A stretch of DNA of 64,000 bases from Ascoidea asiatica JCM 7603 (Eukaryota; Fungi; Ascomycota). Every line of letters begins with the position of its first letter. Position 1 is the first letter of the stretch. Positions 1 to 11,600 of the stretch are shown here, piece by piece. The notes under the pieces are model-generated. The model had not been told where the DNA came from. It ran no database searches and saw nothing but the letters and a program-made list of their open reading frames with translations. Made by a program: the position numbers and the translations under genes. The stretch covers positions 101,421-165,420 of the forward strand of contig BCKQ01000004.1 in NCBI GenBank assembly GCA_001600695.1, given 5' to 3'.

Positions 1-97
<97 letters not shown>

Positions 98-146
98 TAA
101 TAATAATAATAATAATAATGATAAAAATAATGATAATGATAATAAT
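1..146 (+). repeat. (AAT)n trinucleotide microsatellite encoding poly-Asn
   Basis: Pure AAT repeat to ~nt 95, then AAT/GAT mix. Confidence 0.95.
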
Positions 147-353
147 CAAAGCTACACTATCAATCAGTCTTCTAATAATTTAAAATCGCCAGAAAGCTTG
201 AAATCCCATACTGATTTAGAATTGCCCATTTCAACTCACAATTTACTTTTACCAATGTTCACTAATAACTCATTGTTATCTCCAATTCAAGAGGTTTCTG
301 CAGATGCTTCTCCGAGGACATCTACTCTTCCAAATTTTTCTCAACAACTTTAG
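1..353 (+). CDS. 3' end of an unidentified gene (poly-Asn tract followed by a Ser/Pro-rich tail)
   Basis: Frame starting at nt 3 is open from the window edge: N-run then ...SYTINQSSNNLKSPESLKSHTDLELPISTHNLLLPMFTNNSLLSPIQEVSADASPRTSTLPNFSQQL, stop TAG at 351-353. Confidence 0.7.
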
Positions 354-772
354 TTACAATTATGAATTCGTAGAGTAAGTCTCTTCAGGTGAATTATAAT
401 ATTTTCAGTCTTTGATGCTTATTTAAAGCCTTTTATTTGTAATTTTTTAACTCTAGTGTTGTTTATTGGCATGTTTTTCTACTCCAAGCATTTTCATAAT
501 TATCTTTTTTACTCGTTTGTTCATTTTTCTCATAAAATTTTATTTTTTGTATTAATTTTTTGGTTCATAAGATTTTGGCATTATTTTTTATTGTTCTATT
601 ATATAATAAAATACCAAATTTTTTTTAATAGGAATATTCTTTTTGTACAAAGTATCTAACTTACTCTTTCACTAAATAAAAGGTTTAAAAAAATTGTTAT
701 ATTAGTTTACAGTTATTATTATAAAATATATAAAGAATACACGTCTATAAAAAATCAAAACATTTTCAAGTA

Positions 773-1900
773 TTAATCAAAATCTTTCATGGGTGGCATT
801 AACTCGTTTACATTTGAATATTCTGGTGGTAATAGATAGTTCTGTTGATTTATACTTTGATGACTAGGAATAATATAAGGATAATTTTCCCTTTTAGGAG
901 ATGAATAAAAATCCAAACAGCTATCCTCATCAAATTTTGTAGTTTGAGAGTTTAATGGGATTGAATTTGAATTGAGGACATATTCATTTCTTGTCTGTAA
1001 CTGACTATCTAAAAATAAAGTATTTCGAGCATCTAGCTCGCTAAAAGGAATAGAATTGTTTTGATCTGATGCAATAACAGGAAAAAAGGAATTTTGCTGA
1101 ATAGAAGTTCTTCCTGTCAAGTTTGGAAAAATAGCAATATTCCTGGAGAAATTATCACTTGAATTTCTATCGTCCTGTAGAAGTTTTGGAAACGTTATAG
1201 GGATCTTTGGCGGCTTAGGAGGAGGAGGAGGAGCTCGATGCATCAATTGGTTCGAAAGATAAGGTGTTGGTTCCCACTGAGTTGGGTAGGCTAGCTTGGA
1301 AGCCTGAGTGGAAATAGAATATTGCTGCATGCTAACAACGCTGAAGTTTGAATTACTGGGACAATTGACTAAATTAGTATCTTCTTCGTTCAGAGACAAT
1401 TTATCATTGAAATTATATACAGAACAATTTGGAAAACTGTTCTCTTTGGGACTGTGTTTTGATGAATTTATCAGTGAATGAGTTTGGCAATTGATTTTTT
1501 CAGAATTTCCTTTTGAAGTTGTTTTTAAAATTTTGCTTTCAAAATTCAAATCCGAAGATGAGGTATAAGCCATACCATTTGTCTTTATTTGGCTACTTTT
1601 ATTATTTGATTGAATTAGATTATCTGAAGTTTCTATGGTAAGGTTTGCGTTATCACTCTGATTTATTTTAGCTTTAATATTTGTAGGAGAGATTTTATCT
1701 TCCTCATCCGATAAATCTGTAACAAGTTCGTCTCCCAAAATTTCTTGATAAATTTTCTGTTTATTAGCCGGAAGTTGATTATAAAAATCTTGAAATGTTG
1801 AATTCGATTTAACATCATAGTTTGAATAATATTCATCAGGAAATTGAGTAGAACTTTTATTATGCTTTCTTGATTTAAAATGATTTTTGAACTTCATCAT
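773..1900 (-). CDS. Orphan, low-complexity protein (~375 aa) with PPPPPKPPK and a C-terminal PPEY motif
   Basis: The ORF track start (2029) is GTG; first ATG is at 1900 (MMKFKNHFK...). Ser/Asn-rich with no recognisable domain. Confidence 0.7.
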   Translation of the reverse strand: MMKFKNHFKSRKHNKSSTQFPDEYYSNYDVKSNSTFQDFYNQLPANKQKIYQEILGDELVTDLSDEEDKISPTNIKAKINQSDNANLTIETSDNLIQSNNKSSQIKTNGMAYTSSSDLNFESKILKTTSKGNSEKINCQTHSLINSSKHSPKENSFPNCSVYNFNDKLSLNEEDTNLVNCPSNSNFSVVSMQQYSISTQASKLAYPTQWEPTPYLSNQLMHRAPPPPPKPPKIPITFPKLLQDDRNSSDNFSRNIAIFPNLTGRTSIQQNSFFPVIASDQNNSIPFSELDARNTLFLDSQLQTRNEYVLNSNSIPLNSQTTKFDEDSCLDFYSSPKRENYPYIIPSHQSINQQNYLLPPEYSNVNELMPPMKDFD

Positions 1901-2362
1901 GAACTTTGACTGGATTGACAATATCTTTTCTAAGAGAAGTTGTGGATTAAATGATTGAAGGAGCAAAAAAAAAGATATAATGATTGGTGATTGAAGATTA
2001 AATTTGATAAAATAATTTCTAAAGAGCACAGTTTGGTGTTTAATTTACTTTATTGTAGCATAAGTAGAACTCATATTTATTACAAAATATCTTTTGTATC
2101 TTTTAAGATGTAAAGCAATATTTAATTATGGGGTAGCGTCAGCCATGATTTGGCATACAAACCGTCAATAAGGAGAGAAATACTTCGGGTTTGGGTTTGT
2201 GCGGAAAAGTAGTAATGTAAACGTTACAGTAATGCCTCTGTTCCGTGATACTGAAGATTAGGTTAAGTTGAGCGTGATTTCAATTATGTCTATAAATTAT
2301 TTCTAAATTATTTCTATAATTTACTTTACAATGTTTTATAGTGAATAGTATAATACCATTAT

Positions 2363-5300
2363 TTATTTTTTGCTAATTTTCTGATCCTTATATTTGAATT
2401 GTTCGAGTAGTTTAATAATCTCTATATCATCATTCTCATCTTTTATATTTTGAAGCTGGGTTTTAGTAAGGTAATTAGAACTATTACTTTCACTTCGTGC
2501 CCTTTTGTTTAAACCCTCAGATTTTATGATTTTTTCAAGTATATCAATAAACGGTCTCAATTCTTTATTTATTAGCAATGTCAAACTTTTTATATCTTCA
2601 TCTATATCATGATCGTTATAAAATTTGATAAAGAAGTTTTTAATATATATTTTCAAAATATTTTTGAAGACTATTGATGTTTTGAATATTATTATCTCTT
2701 TTTGATCTTTAGAATATTTATTTAATTTCGTGTAATAATCAAAAATTGTTTTTAGAAAATTCCTTTGAATTAATATACTATTTGAAAGATATGGAGTATT
2801 TAATCTAATTATTGTTAGAACAAAAACTGATAAATCAAATATCTTCAGAATTTCAATATCTCTTTTATTATTTACTGTTAACTTGATGCTATCACATATT
2901 TCTTTAATATATTGATATAATTCATTGTTATAAACTAGTACTTCATTTCCCAGAATGTTTTCACCAATATCTTTCTTCAACTCCTCAAACTGAAAAATTT
3001 TGGAGTTTATTTCTTTTAATAATTCAGATATTTGATAGTTTTTGCAACTTTCGACACATAGTCTTTCTGTTTCAATACCTAAAATTTTGAGTATATTATT
3101 GTTGGGTTTTTTAAGTAAGCAACAGATTACTGAATCCAATTTTTGTATTGCAAGCCAAATTAACTGAATATTTTTTTTTTTCGAATATGTACCGTTATAT
3201 AGATGTAGTTCTTTTCCAAGAAAAATAATTTCTAAAAGAACATTCCAAATTTCTTGTTCCACAAAACTTTCATTTTTGATGATTTTAAAATCATTCCTAG
3301 TATCAAGATCGCAACAATTATTATTACAAATCAAAAATTTCTCGTAAAGAATTAAAGATTGTAGATATTGAACAGAACCATCTGAATAATTATTTTTATA
3401 ATAAATATATATTCTTCTCAAGTTATTTATTACTTTGGAAATATCCCATTCATTATTGTCAACAAAAGTACTATATTTTTCCTCACTAAAATAGCTTAAA
3501 GAGATCATTAAAATTGGATAAAAAATCCATAAGCTTGGCATCATATAATCATTTGTAATGCAATTTTTAGATCTGAATATTTCTTTTGCAAATTCTTCAA
3601 TTTCTATTTTATTGAAAAAAATATTCAACTCAGAAATTTCAAAAAAATTTTGTAATAAAATATTTATAAAATTTTGATCTTTTAATCTATTTCCAGTCAA
3701 GCTAATGATTTTACTAAATTCTATAGACTTTTCTATGATTTGACATTCTGCCTCTCGAATTTTACTAATTAACTCCATATAAGAAATTTGTGTTAAACCC
3801 TTTCTTTCATCTATCAAATTCTGAATAAGACCAGTAGGAACAGAAGATATTGTTTCCGAATGGCCACCTTTAAAGTCAACTTTGAGTTGCCCATTAATCA
3901 GATTTGATTTTTTGAAATCACAAGAACTACTCCAGTCTCTAAGTTTTTTTTGGAGGATATCCTTTTTAGAATTGATATCTATTTCAGAATCTAAATCATT
4001 TATTGAAGCATTATTTGTAGTACTAATGAATTTGTCTTCACTATAATCATGTTGAATACAATTTTCAAGTTTATTGGTTGTAAAAGCAGGGGTTGTATCT
4101 TTTCCTGAAGCCAAATGCCTTTCCATCAATTTCGACAAATCTTTAATTAAACATTTTAGTTCAGCAGATACTTTGGAAAGCTCTTTTTCAGATATTTCAT
4201 TTTTGAAAAGTTTGTCCCTAAATTCTGCAGAAAATGATTTTTTACAGTTTGTGGGATAGCAACAATCAACTTCCTTTTTCCAGCAAGATACACATGGTAT
4301 TCTCCTATCACATCTTTTTTTTGCCCTTTTACAGCCAAAACAGGAAGAAGACTGAGCTAAAATTTTATAATGATTAAATATATTTTCTATAAATTCCACA
4401 TTGAAGAATAATAGCCTTTGATACAAGGTATTAATTTCATTTAAAAGTTTTAATAAAATCTTTCTAGCGGGGATATTGGAAGAGGACAATAGTTGGAAAC
4501 GCTTTGGAGAGAACTCTTGATCATTATTAATCGAAAATGTCTTTAAATTGTTGATAGAATCAAATTCAAGAGTTAAATTCGAGTGTTCCGAATTGATTTC
4601 ATTTCCGATAACTAATGAAGCGTTTGAGTATTTCAAAGAACCAGATGGTAAGCCTTTGCTATTTGTAAACTTATCAGAATAATTAACGATTTCTTCAGTC
4701 GTTTTCTCATTAGATATAATATTATCTTTGGGTGAAAGTTTTTGCCTCTTTTTTACTGGAAGTCCGTTATGTTTTACATTAGACTCTAAAAATCGAACTT
4801 TTTGACTTAGATTAGCTAATACTATTTTATTAAAAGAGCCTGATTTAGTATCTTTTTCTTTTAAAGTAGTTTTAGAGAATATTTTGGATTTTTTCGGAAA
4901 TATGCATTGTACATTAGCCAAAGAACAGTTATTGCAGGGAATAAATTTATCACATTTCAACTTTCTATCAAGACAGTAATTACATCTATGAGTATTTATA
5001 TTTAAGGATATAATTGAACTATCAAAATCTGAGTCATTTAATAAAATTTTTGGATCATTTTGAGATATGTTTAATGATTCTTCTAGAAAATTGATTCTAG
5101 TCAATAAAATTTTAATTACTTTTGAATAATTGTTTGCTGTAACAGATTTCACATCAATTATTATTAAAGAATCTTCAGGATAAATGCATGATCTTTTTTT
5201 TAAATTACAACATGAACAGTTTGGATAGAGTTTATCGCACTTTATTTTCCTTTTAGAGCACTCTAGACATCTCAACAGAAAAAACTGTAATAATTTTGTA

Positions 5301-5527
5301 TTAGGCGTAGAATAGTGTAGGCTGGGATCTATATTGTTGCTGAAATTGGAGCCTAAAGAAGGGCTACTCAAAAGGCTTTTAGTTTCATTTTCTGATGTGA
5401 AATTATTAGTCTTTTTACCATGGCTATTGATCATATTATCATCATAGTTATTGTTACTATTATTAATATCTTCCGATAGTTTACTATTGATTGGATTTGA
5501 GTAAATGGTTTCAGCAGAAAAAGACAT
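2363..5527 (-). CDS. Zn(II)2Cys6 transcription factor with three binuclear clusters and a C-terminal fungal-TF middle-homology-like region
   Basis: 1054-aa ORF with three CX2CX6CX5-6CX2CX6C motifs at aa 87-114, 182-208 and 396-422. The helical C-terminal half contains IQLIWLAIQKLDSVICCLLKKP, which resembles the Fungal_trans motif. Confidence 0.9.
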   Translation of the reverse strand: MSFSAETIYSNPINSKLSEDINNSNNNYDDNMINSHGKKTNNFTSENETKSLLSSPSLGSNFSNNIDPSLHYSTPNTKLLQFFLLRCLECSKRKIKCDKLYPNCSCCNLKKRSCIYPEDSLIIIDVKSVTANNYSKVIKILLTRINFLEESLNISQNDPKILLNDSDFDSSIISLNINTHRCNYCLDRKLKCDKFIPCNNCSLANVQCIFPKKSKIFSKTTLKEKDTKSGSFNKIVLANLSQKVRFLESNVKHNGLPVKKRQKLSPKDNIISNEKTTEEIVNYSDKFTNSKGLPSGSLKYSNASLVIGNEINSEHSNLTLEFDSINNLKTFSINNDQEFSPKRFQLLSSSNIPARKILLKLLNEINTLYQRLLFFNVEFIENIFNHYKILAQSSSCFGCKRAKKRCDRRIPCVSCWKKEVDCCYPTNCKKSFSAEFRDKLFKNEISEKELSKVSAELKCLIKDLSKLMERHLASGKDTTPAFTTNKLENCIQHDYSEDKFISTTNNASINDLDSEIDINSKKDILQKKLRDWSSSCDFKKSNLINGQLKVDFKGGHSETISSVPTGLIQNLIDERKGLTQISYMELISKIREAECQIIEKSIEFSKIISLTGNRLKDQNFINILLQNFFEISELNIFFNKIEIEEFAKEIFRSKNCITNDYMMPSLWIFYPILMISLSYFSEEKYSTFVDNNEWDISKVINNLRRIYIYYKNNYSDGSVQYLQSLILYEKFLICNNNCCDLDTRNDFKIIKNESFVEQEIWNVLLEIIFLGKELHLYNGTYSKKKNIQLIWLAIQKLDSVICCLLKKPNNNILKILGIETERLCVESCKNYQISELLKEINSKIFQFEELKKDIGENILGNEVLVYNNELYQYIKEICDSIKLTVNNKRDIEILKIFDLSVFVLTIIRLNTPYLSNSILIQRNFLKTIFDYYTKLNKYSKDQKEIIIFKTSIVFKNILKIYIKNFFIKFYNDHDIDEDIKSLTLLINKELRPFIDILEKIIKSEGLNKRARSESNSSNYLTKTQLQNIKDENDDIEIIKLLEQFKYKDQKISKK

Positions 5528-6208
5528 CCGATGAAATTTTGTTAGAGATTGAGACTAATTAATAGAATTTTAATTAGTTTGAGTTTTTAAATAAATATAT
5601 TGTAGTTAAATAAACTAGCTAATCATTTAAATTCAGACAACTTTGAAATGCCAATATTACATAAAGTTTATCAAAATATTTTTAAAAATATTTCATGATA
5701 TTTATAATGTATGTTACTGAAACAGTAATAGAGATAGACTTAAAGCTAAAATGTTTCTGATTCTTATTAGGATTCTCTCACAAAAAAAACTAGAATATCA
5801 AATTTCTATTCCATTGAATAGCGAGCTTTCCCGTATCTCAAATAATTTGCACGTGTCTATGCTTCCGATAGCGTTACCTGTAACATTAAAGCTAACTTTA
5901 GACCACACACAAAGATCCTTTTCACCAAAACTTATGAGTAAATTCTATATCTTGATTTTATATTCGAAATCGGAGACTTAGTATACTGACAAAATGTTAC
6001 ACAGATAAAATGTCTGGTAAGAAACGGTCTACACTAAATATACAAATTTTGAAATGTTGAAAAATAAACATGTCGGTATGTGATGGGGTTCGCAAAATCG
6101 GCGTCTCTAAAACTGAATCTATTTTACTTTTTAGTTACAAAGTTAGAATTAAAACTACAAGATACTCTAAATTCAATAATGATATATTAAACCACTTCTT
6201 ATTTTTCT

Positions 6209-7771
6209 TTATAACATTATAGATATACCAATCATACTTAGAAGCATAATTAACATTATCAAAACAAAAGAGAAAAACAGAGTTATTTCTTTAACATGTT
6301 TTGCCCTTTCATATCGATTATCAAATGAAATAGAACAATAGTATTGTGGATAACCTCTCAATGATTTATCACCTGGAGCTTCACTACTCAAATAAGATAA
6401 TAAACCTAATAGTTTCATTTTCATCTCTTTCATTTCATTTTTTCTTTGTCTTTCATTAGTTCTTTGACTTCTTCTTTCCGTTTCAACTCTATATCTATTT
6501 TTATTATTAGAAGATAATCTTTTAATTCCATTATATACCAAGTTTCTCTGCTTTTCGAGTCTCATGCCGTTTATTTTTCCTCCATTATTTATATTATTAA
6601 TGTTATTCTTGTTATAAATATTAGTATCAGTACTTTTCAGACTATATTTCCCGATATTAGGCGAAATCTTCACTCCAGGCCTGTTATAAAGATTCTCTTC
6701 AAATATGGATAGATCTGTCTGATCATTTTTGTCTATTCTACCTATATCAATTGAATAATTCCGGTCATTCACTAGAATATCATTTATTTTCTTATCAAAA
6801 TTGCTAGCTTTACTATTTTTATTGCCACTATTTTCATTACTATTATTGATATTATTGCGAACATTTTTGCTATCATCGTTGTTACGATTTTTAAAATCAT
6901 CACCATTAACTCCATTTGAAGTTTGAGATATTTCACTTATTGAATTGTTGTACCCATCACTTTGTTGACTGGAAGAATAGAGGACATCATGCTTCGAATC
7001 ATTCAGATTATTTACAATACTCATAATTGTTGAGGGTAAATTATTATAAGAATTATTAGAAATTTGAAATATTCCGCTCAAGTAACTTGAAATTTTCAAA
7101 TTTTCCTTTTTTAAACTTTCACTTTCAAGCTTATTGACTTTCGGAGGTTGCTTTTTATCAAATTTATTAATATCAACATTAGGGTTAAAACTAACTCTTC
7201 GAATGGATTCAACTGAAGAATTTCTTCTTGATCTACTGCCAGGAATCTTTAAAGATGATCTTCTTATTAGTTTTGGTCTTTCTAACTCAATAGAGGGGGC
7301 ATCAATCTCTTCTTGATTAACATCTCCATCATTGTATAAATTGATTTTTCTACCATTTAATTTATAGTTTTCCTGAGATGGTAAAGTATCTAGAGTCTTT
7401 GATTTATATATGGGCATTATTGGATGATTTATATTTGTTACATTTTTAAAATTTTTCGAATGAATTTCATTTGTTAAATCCTTCAATTTCTTTTCTTTAT
7501 TATAATCACAAGTTAATTGATGTGATCTAAGTTCAACAGTATTATAATTTATATTTAAAAATTCTGGGGATGATGAATATATTGAAGATTTTGAAGGATA
7601 TGAAATTTTTCCATGATATACTAAACTTTTCGGTTTCTGAACCTTGGGAAGTTCTTTTATTTTGCTATTTTTAAGGGAATCGTTATTTGATTGATTATTT
7701 AAAAAAGCATGAGAAAGAACATAATTTTCCATTTTTTCGTTTTTGTATGACATTGTATTTCTATGTTTCAA
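6209..7771 (-). CDS. Orphan tail-anchored membrane protein with PP1-docking-like SSLK and RVSF motifs
   Basis: 520 aa; hydrophobic C-terminus ITLFFSFVLIMLIMLLSMIGISIML; RRSSLK...RRVSF in the N-terminal half; charged helical segment before the TM. Confidence 0.75.
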   Translation of the reverse strand: MKHRNTMSYKNEKMENYVLSHAFLNNQSNNDSLKNSKIKELPKVQKPKSLVYHGKISYPSKSSIYSSSPEFLNINYNTVELRSHQLTCDYNKEKKLKDLTNEIHSKNFKNVTNINHPIMPIYKSKTLDTLPSQENYKLNGRKINLYNDGDVNQEEIDAPSIELERPKLIRRSSLKIPGSRSRRNSSVESIRRVSFNPNVDINKFDKKQPPKVNKLESESLKKENLKISSYLSGIFQISNNSYNNLPSTIMSIVNNLNDSKHDVLYSSSQQSDGYNNSISEISQTSNGVNGDDFKNRNNDDSKNVRNNINNSNENSGNKNSKASNFDKKINDILVNDRNYSIDIGRIDKNDQTDLSIFEENLYNRPGVKISPNIGKYSLKSTDTNIYNKNNINNINNGGKINGMRLEKQRNLVYNGIKRLSSNNKNRYRVETERRSQRTNERQRKNEMKEMKMKLLGLLSYLSSEAPGDKSLRGYPQYYCSISFDNRYERAKHVKEITLFFSFVLIMLIMLLSMIGISIML

Positions 7772-8164
7772 GCTTGATTGAAAATTTTTTAGATAGAAAA
7801 AAAAAATTGAGCCTGAAAATGTTAATGAAAATAGATAATAAAAATAAAATGAGATATAATACTTCTGTATTTAATGATCATTGAACAACTGCTACATAAA
7901 AAGAGAATACAGACAATATTTTTTGGAGTTGGGCCTTAATTCAAATAAGTGCAATATCATTGTGATGCTAGTAACTTAGTTTATTGAAACGAAAAAACAC
8001 CCGAGTCTATCAAATAAAGCATAACCGCTCTGCTAGTAACTTTACAGTAGTTAATTTTTACTTGTAAAGTATAAAAGTTAGATTCGTTAAATCTTGAGGG
8101 ATCAAACTTGATAACTGCAACGAAGCACGTATGAAAGTGCTAATCATCACATACGTTTTTGGTA

Positions 8165-8197
8165 GCAGACGGTGCAGACGATGCAGACGATGCAGAC
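8165..8197. repeat. 9-bp tandem repeat (GCAGAC core, GCAGACGRT unit) x4
   Basis: GCAGAC at 8165, 8174, 8183 and 8192. Confidence 0.85.
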
Positions 8198-8615
8198 CAG
8201 ACCCTTAAAAGTCACATGATTTGGGAAAAGGGGCCAAGCTCTCAAATGGTACTGAAATCAATTAACGTTACAAACAAAAATGACATATCCTCAGAATTAT
8301 GGGTTTGCAGCTTTACTCAATTTTATGAGGATAAAAGCGAATCTTTAGCACCCTTTAACGTAGGCAATGATTAGTAATTTCATAGGTGCTTTGTTGCAGT
8401 GATAATCAATCTGTCATGTTTAAGAAAGCATAACTTTTTGGTAGGCTAAAAGTTTACAAAAGCAAACTGAGGTAAATAAGGAAAAATTTACTAATTTCAA
8501 AATTTTATCCGAACAACAACAAATGAAATAATGTTTATTCTTTTGTCTTCATAATAACTATATTTGATTAGTTAAATAATTCAGTAACTTGATATCATTT
8601 AATAGAAAACATTTT

Positions 8616-11600
8616 CTAAGCATTCAATCTATTATTTCTTCTACTATAATAGCTTATGAAATCTCGAATACTACTTTTTACTCTTCTAAAATCCTTTGAA
8701 GGTAAACAACTAGCAACTGAATTTATTAATTTCTCTTTTTCTGGTTTCAAGACAGTACCAGGAGGGAATAATAAAATTAAATTGACAAGCCATTTTAATA
8801 TAAGTTGACCATTTTCGCTTTCACTACTCATTAAGCAAAGTTGCAAAATTTTATTTATAAGATCATAAGCTTCATAATGACAGTCAATAGGAAATTTGAA
8901 ACATAACCCAAAAACTAATTTAGTTAGCAATTTAAAACTATAATTTTGCAGGAAATCATTTGAATTGTTTAACAAAATGCTGAATATTATTTGTTTAACA
9001 TCATCCGGTGTATCGTCCATTAATGAAACGGGAGGGTATTCAAACCCCCAAGAAAGTAAATCTACTAAAAAATGTAATACTGAAGTTAATGTATCAAATC
9101 GATCTAAGTTTAATGAATATAATGCAATTTCTAAAGCTTTGAATACAACATCAATTGAACGAATAAACTCAAAGGGATAGAAGGTTAAGAATTCGGTCAT
9201 CATCCTGAAAAAATCTTCAATATTATCAGCGATTTCTATGAGAGTATCTGACTGACCTTTTTCCAATAAAGCTTTGAAATTATTATCGGGAATTGGCAAT
9301 TTGGTTTTAGCATTGAAAAATTCTAAGAAGGTCTGTGTTTGATTGAACGAAAATTGAACTACAGAAGCTTTAATCTCATCGGTAACATATTCATCATTAA
9401 ATTCTCTAATAACAACTCCTGTTAACCAAATATAACAGCCAAAATGATATTGTTTAAATCCTATTGTTAACACATTTATAATTTCATCTAAAATGGGTAA
9501 CAAATAAGTTGAAAAAGTTTCCAAAGAGCATTTAATAAATTTTAGCCCCCTTTCACTGACTTTCAAAGAAAATCCAAAATTATCAATTAGTGCTTTGATT
9601 ATCGGCCAAACAAATTCCATTATAAGATTTGCTATTGAATTAGTTTCAGCTTGTAAATTTTTAGGTTTTAATATGGACAAAAATACAGAAACAATCTCAA
9701 TTTCATCTGCAATTTTGATATATAATTCCTCCTCATTTGATATAGGCAAGGAACTGAAATCTTTATTGGTTGCACAACTATTATATTTTGTTAAACTCGT
9801 TAATATGGGTCCTAGGAATAATTTTGAGCTCTCAAACGCTTGAAGATCATTTTGCTGGCTTACAATATGACCTATCCCATCGGTTAATTCATAGAGTGAA
9901 ATAGTGTTAATCTTACTCATGACATTAGAAAAAAAAGTAAATAGCTGAGGAAGGAAATTGACAAGTAGCGTAGAACAATCTTGGCAAAAAAACATTAAGG
10001 AGTGAGAAGAAGCATTAGTCAAATCCGAATCAACATCAATATCCGAATTTAAATTTTGCATACTAAAGTTATCTATGATATAATTAAGTTGAGCTTGTAA
10101 ATAATCTGGATGCTTTGATGTCCATTCAGTATATCTTCCAAAAAACAAAGTAATAGAATATCTTATTTTAATGTTATCATTAGGTAAATTAGGGATTAAA
10201 TTCATTATTTTTGGTAAAATAAGATTTTCTGATAATGAGACTTCTTTTGCCATTGATCTTAATGCAAAGAATGCGGCTTCAACCTTTTGCCAATTGTTTG
10301 GCAATTTAATATTATTTAAGTCATTAATATATTGGGAAAGAACTTCATAGGGAATTGTTAATCCATCAGTGGAACCAATAATTGATATACAATCCTTCAA
10401 TACATCGCCCATTTCATATCTAAATTCTTTAAATTTATCTAATGATTCCAAATCGTTATCAAACAAAAGTTTTATATTCATCGATTGATCAAGAGATAAA
10501 TCATTATTTACTGGATATTTAAGAAGTTCTATTATAATTTTGGTCAAATCAGTATAAGTTTGTTTGAAATATAACTTTGCATCAGCAAATTTAGAAATAC
10601 ATAACATTTGTTTTAACATATACCAAAAATAAAAAGAATATTTAGCAATTTCCAAATCTTCAGGGTACGAAGTGCATTTTAAAATTGTTTGAACTAAAGG
10701 ATTGAAGAATTCAGGATTTTTAACAATTAATATATGCCATGCTTCACCCGCTTCAACAAATAATCTTGTAAGATTATTAACTGTATTCATATCATCAAAA
10801 TTATTAACTAAAACGGGTTGTAACTGAGTCATGATTTGAGTATAAAGAGCATTTATTAAATCAGTATCATTAACATCTGGATCGGCATAATCTTTTGAAT
10901 CCTTGACTATTATAACTAGTGTATCTATTGCATTTTCAAAATCTTTATGATTAGGATTCAAAGAGCTAAATATTAAATCAGTAATAGAAGTTATAGAAAG
11001 AATTTTATGAAGTTGAAACTCTTTTATCCAGCCAGGGAGGGCCGCTAATATTAAGGAACTAAGAGATTTATTATTCTGTTGTATTAAATTTATCAAGAGA
11101 GATAAAATTTGATCAGCAATTGTAGTATTGATTAAAATGTCGGCTCTTGATTTGAATTGCTCATCTGTTAAAGGGGTTTTATTAGAGGAACTGACCTCCT
11201 CAGGAAGAATTTTTAAAAATTCAAGTAATGAAATTGAATTTTCATGAATTTCAAAATTTGAAATAATATCTAAAACAGGAGTTGACCAGTTCAAATGTTG
11301 AAGTGATAAATTAACCAAGGATATATATAGTTGAGTTCTTATCACTTTTAAATTATATGTAAATGTATAAAGATTGATCAATTCAAATATTAATTCTTTA
11401 AGTTGATCTAAATTGGTTGTAGAAGAATCTGTTTGTAATTGACTTAAGTCATAAATAATTTTGGAACGTAAAGTCTGAGCTGCAAAAAATTTAGCCTCAG
11501 CAGAAAAAGATGAAGAATTGTTAAATTTATTTTGCTCAGAAGCATTATCCATTAAAATCAATTTTATGATATTCCATGCTTCATTTGACTTTTGAAAAGA

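Noticed and set aside
456-659. 67-aa Phe-rich ORF
   Set aside because: GTG start in a T-rich terminator region between convergent genes; compositional artefact
8211-8330. GTCACATG as CDEI of a point centromere (tempting next to a Zn-cluster, Cep3-like gene)
   Set aside because: No >90% AT CDEII or CCG-containing CDEIII follows; CACGTG-type sites occur in many promoters here
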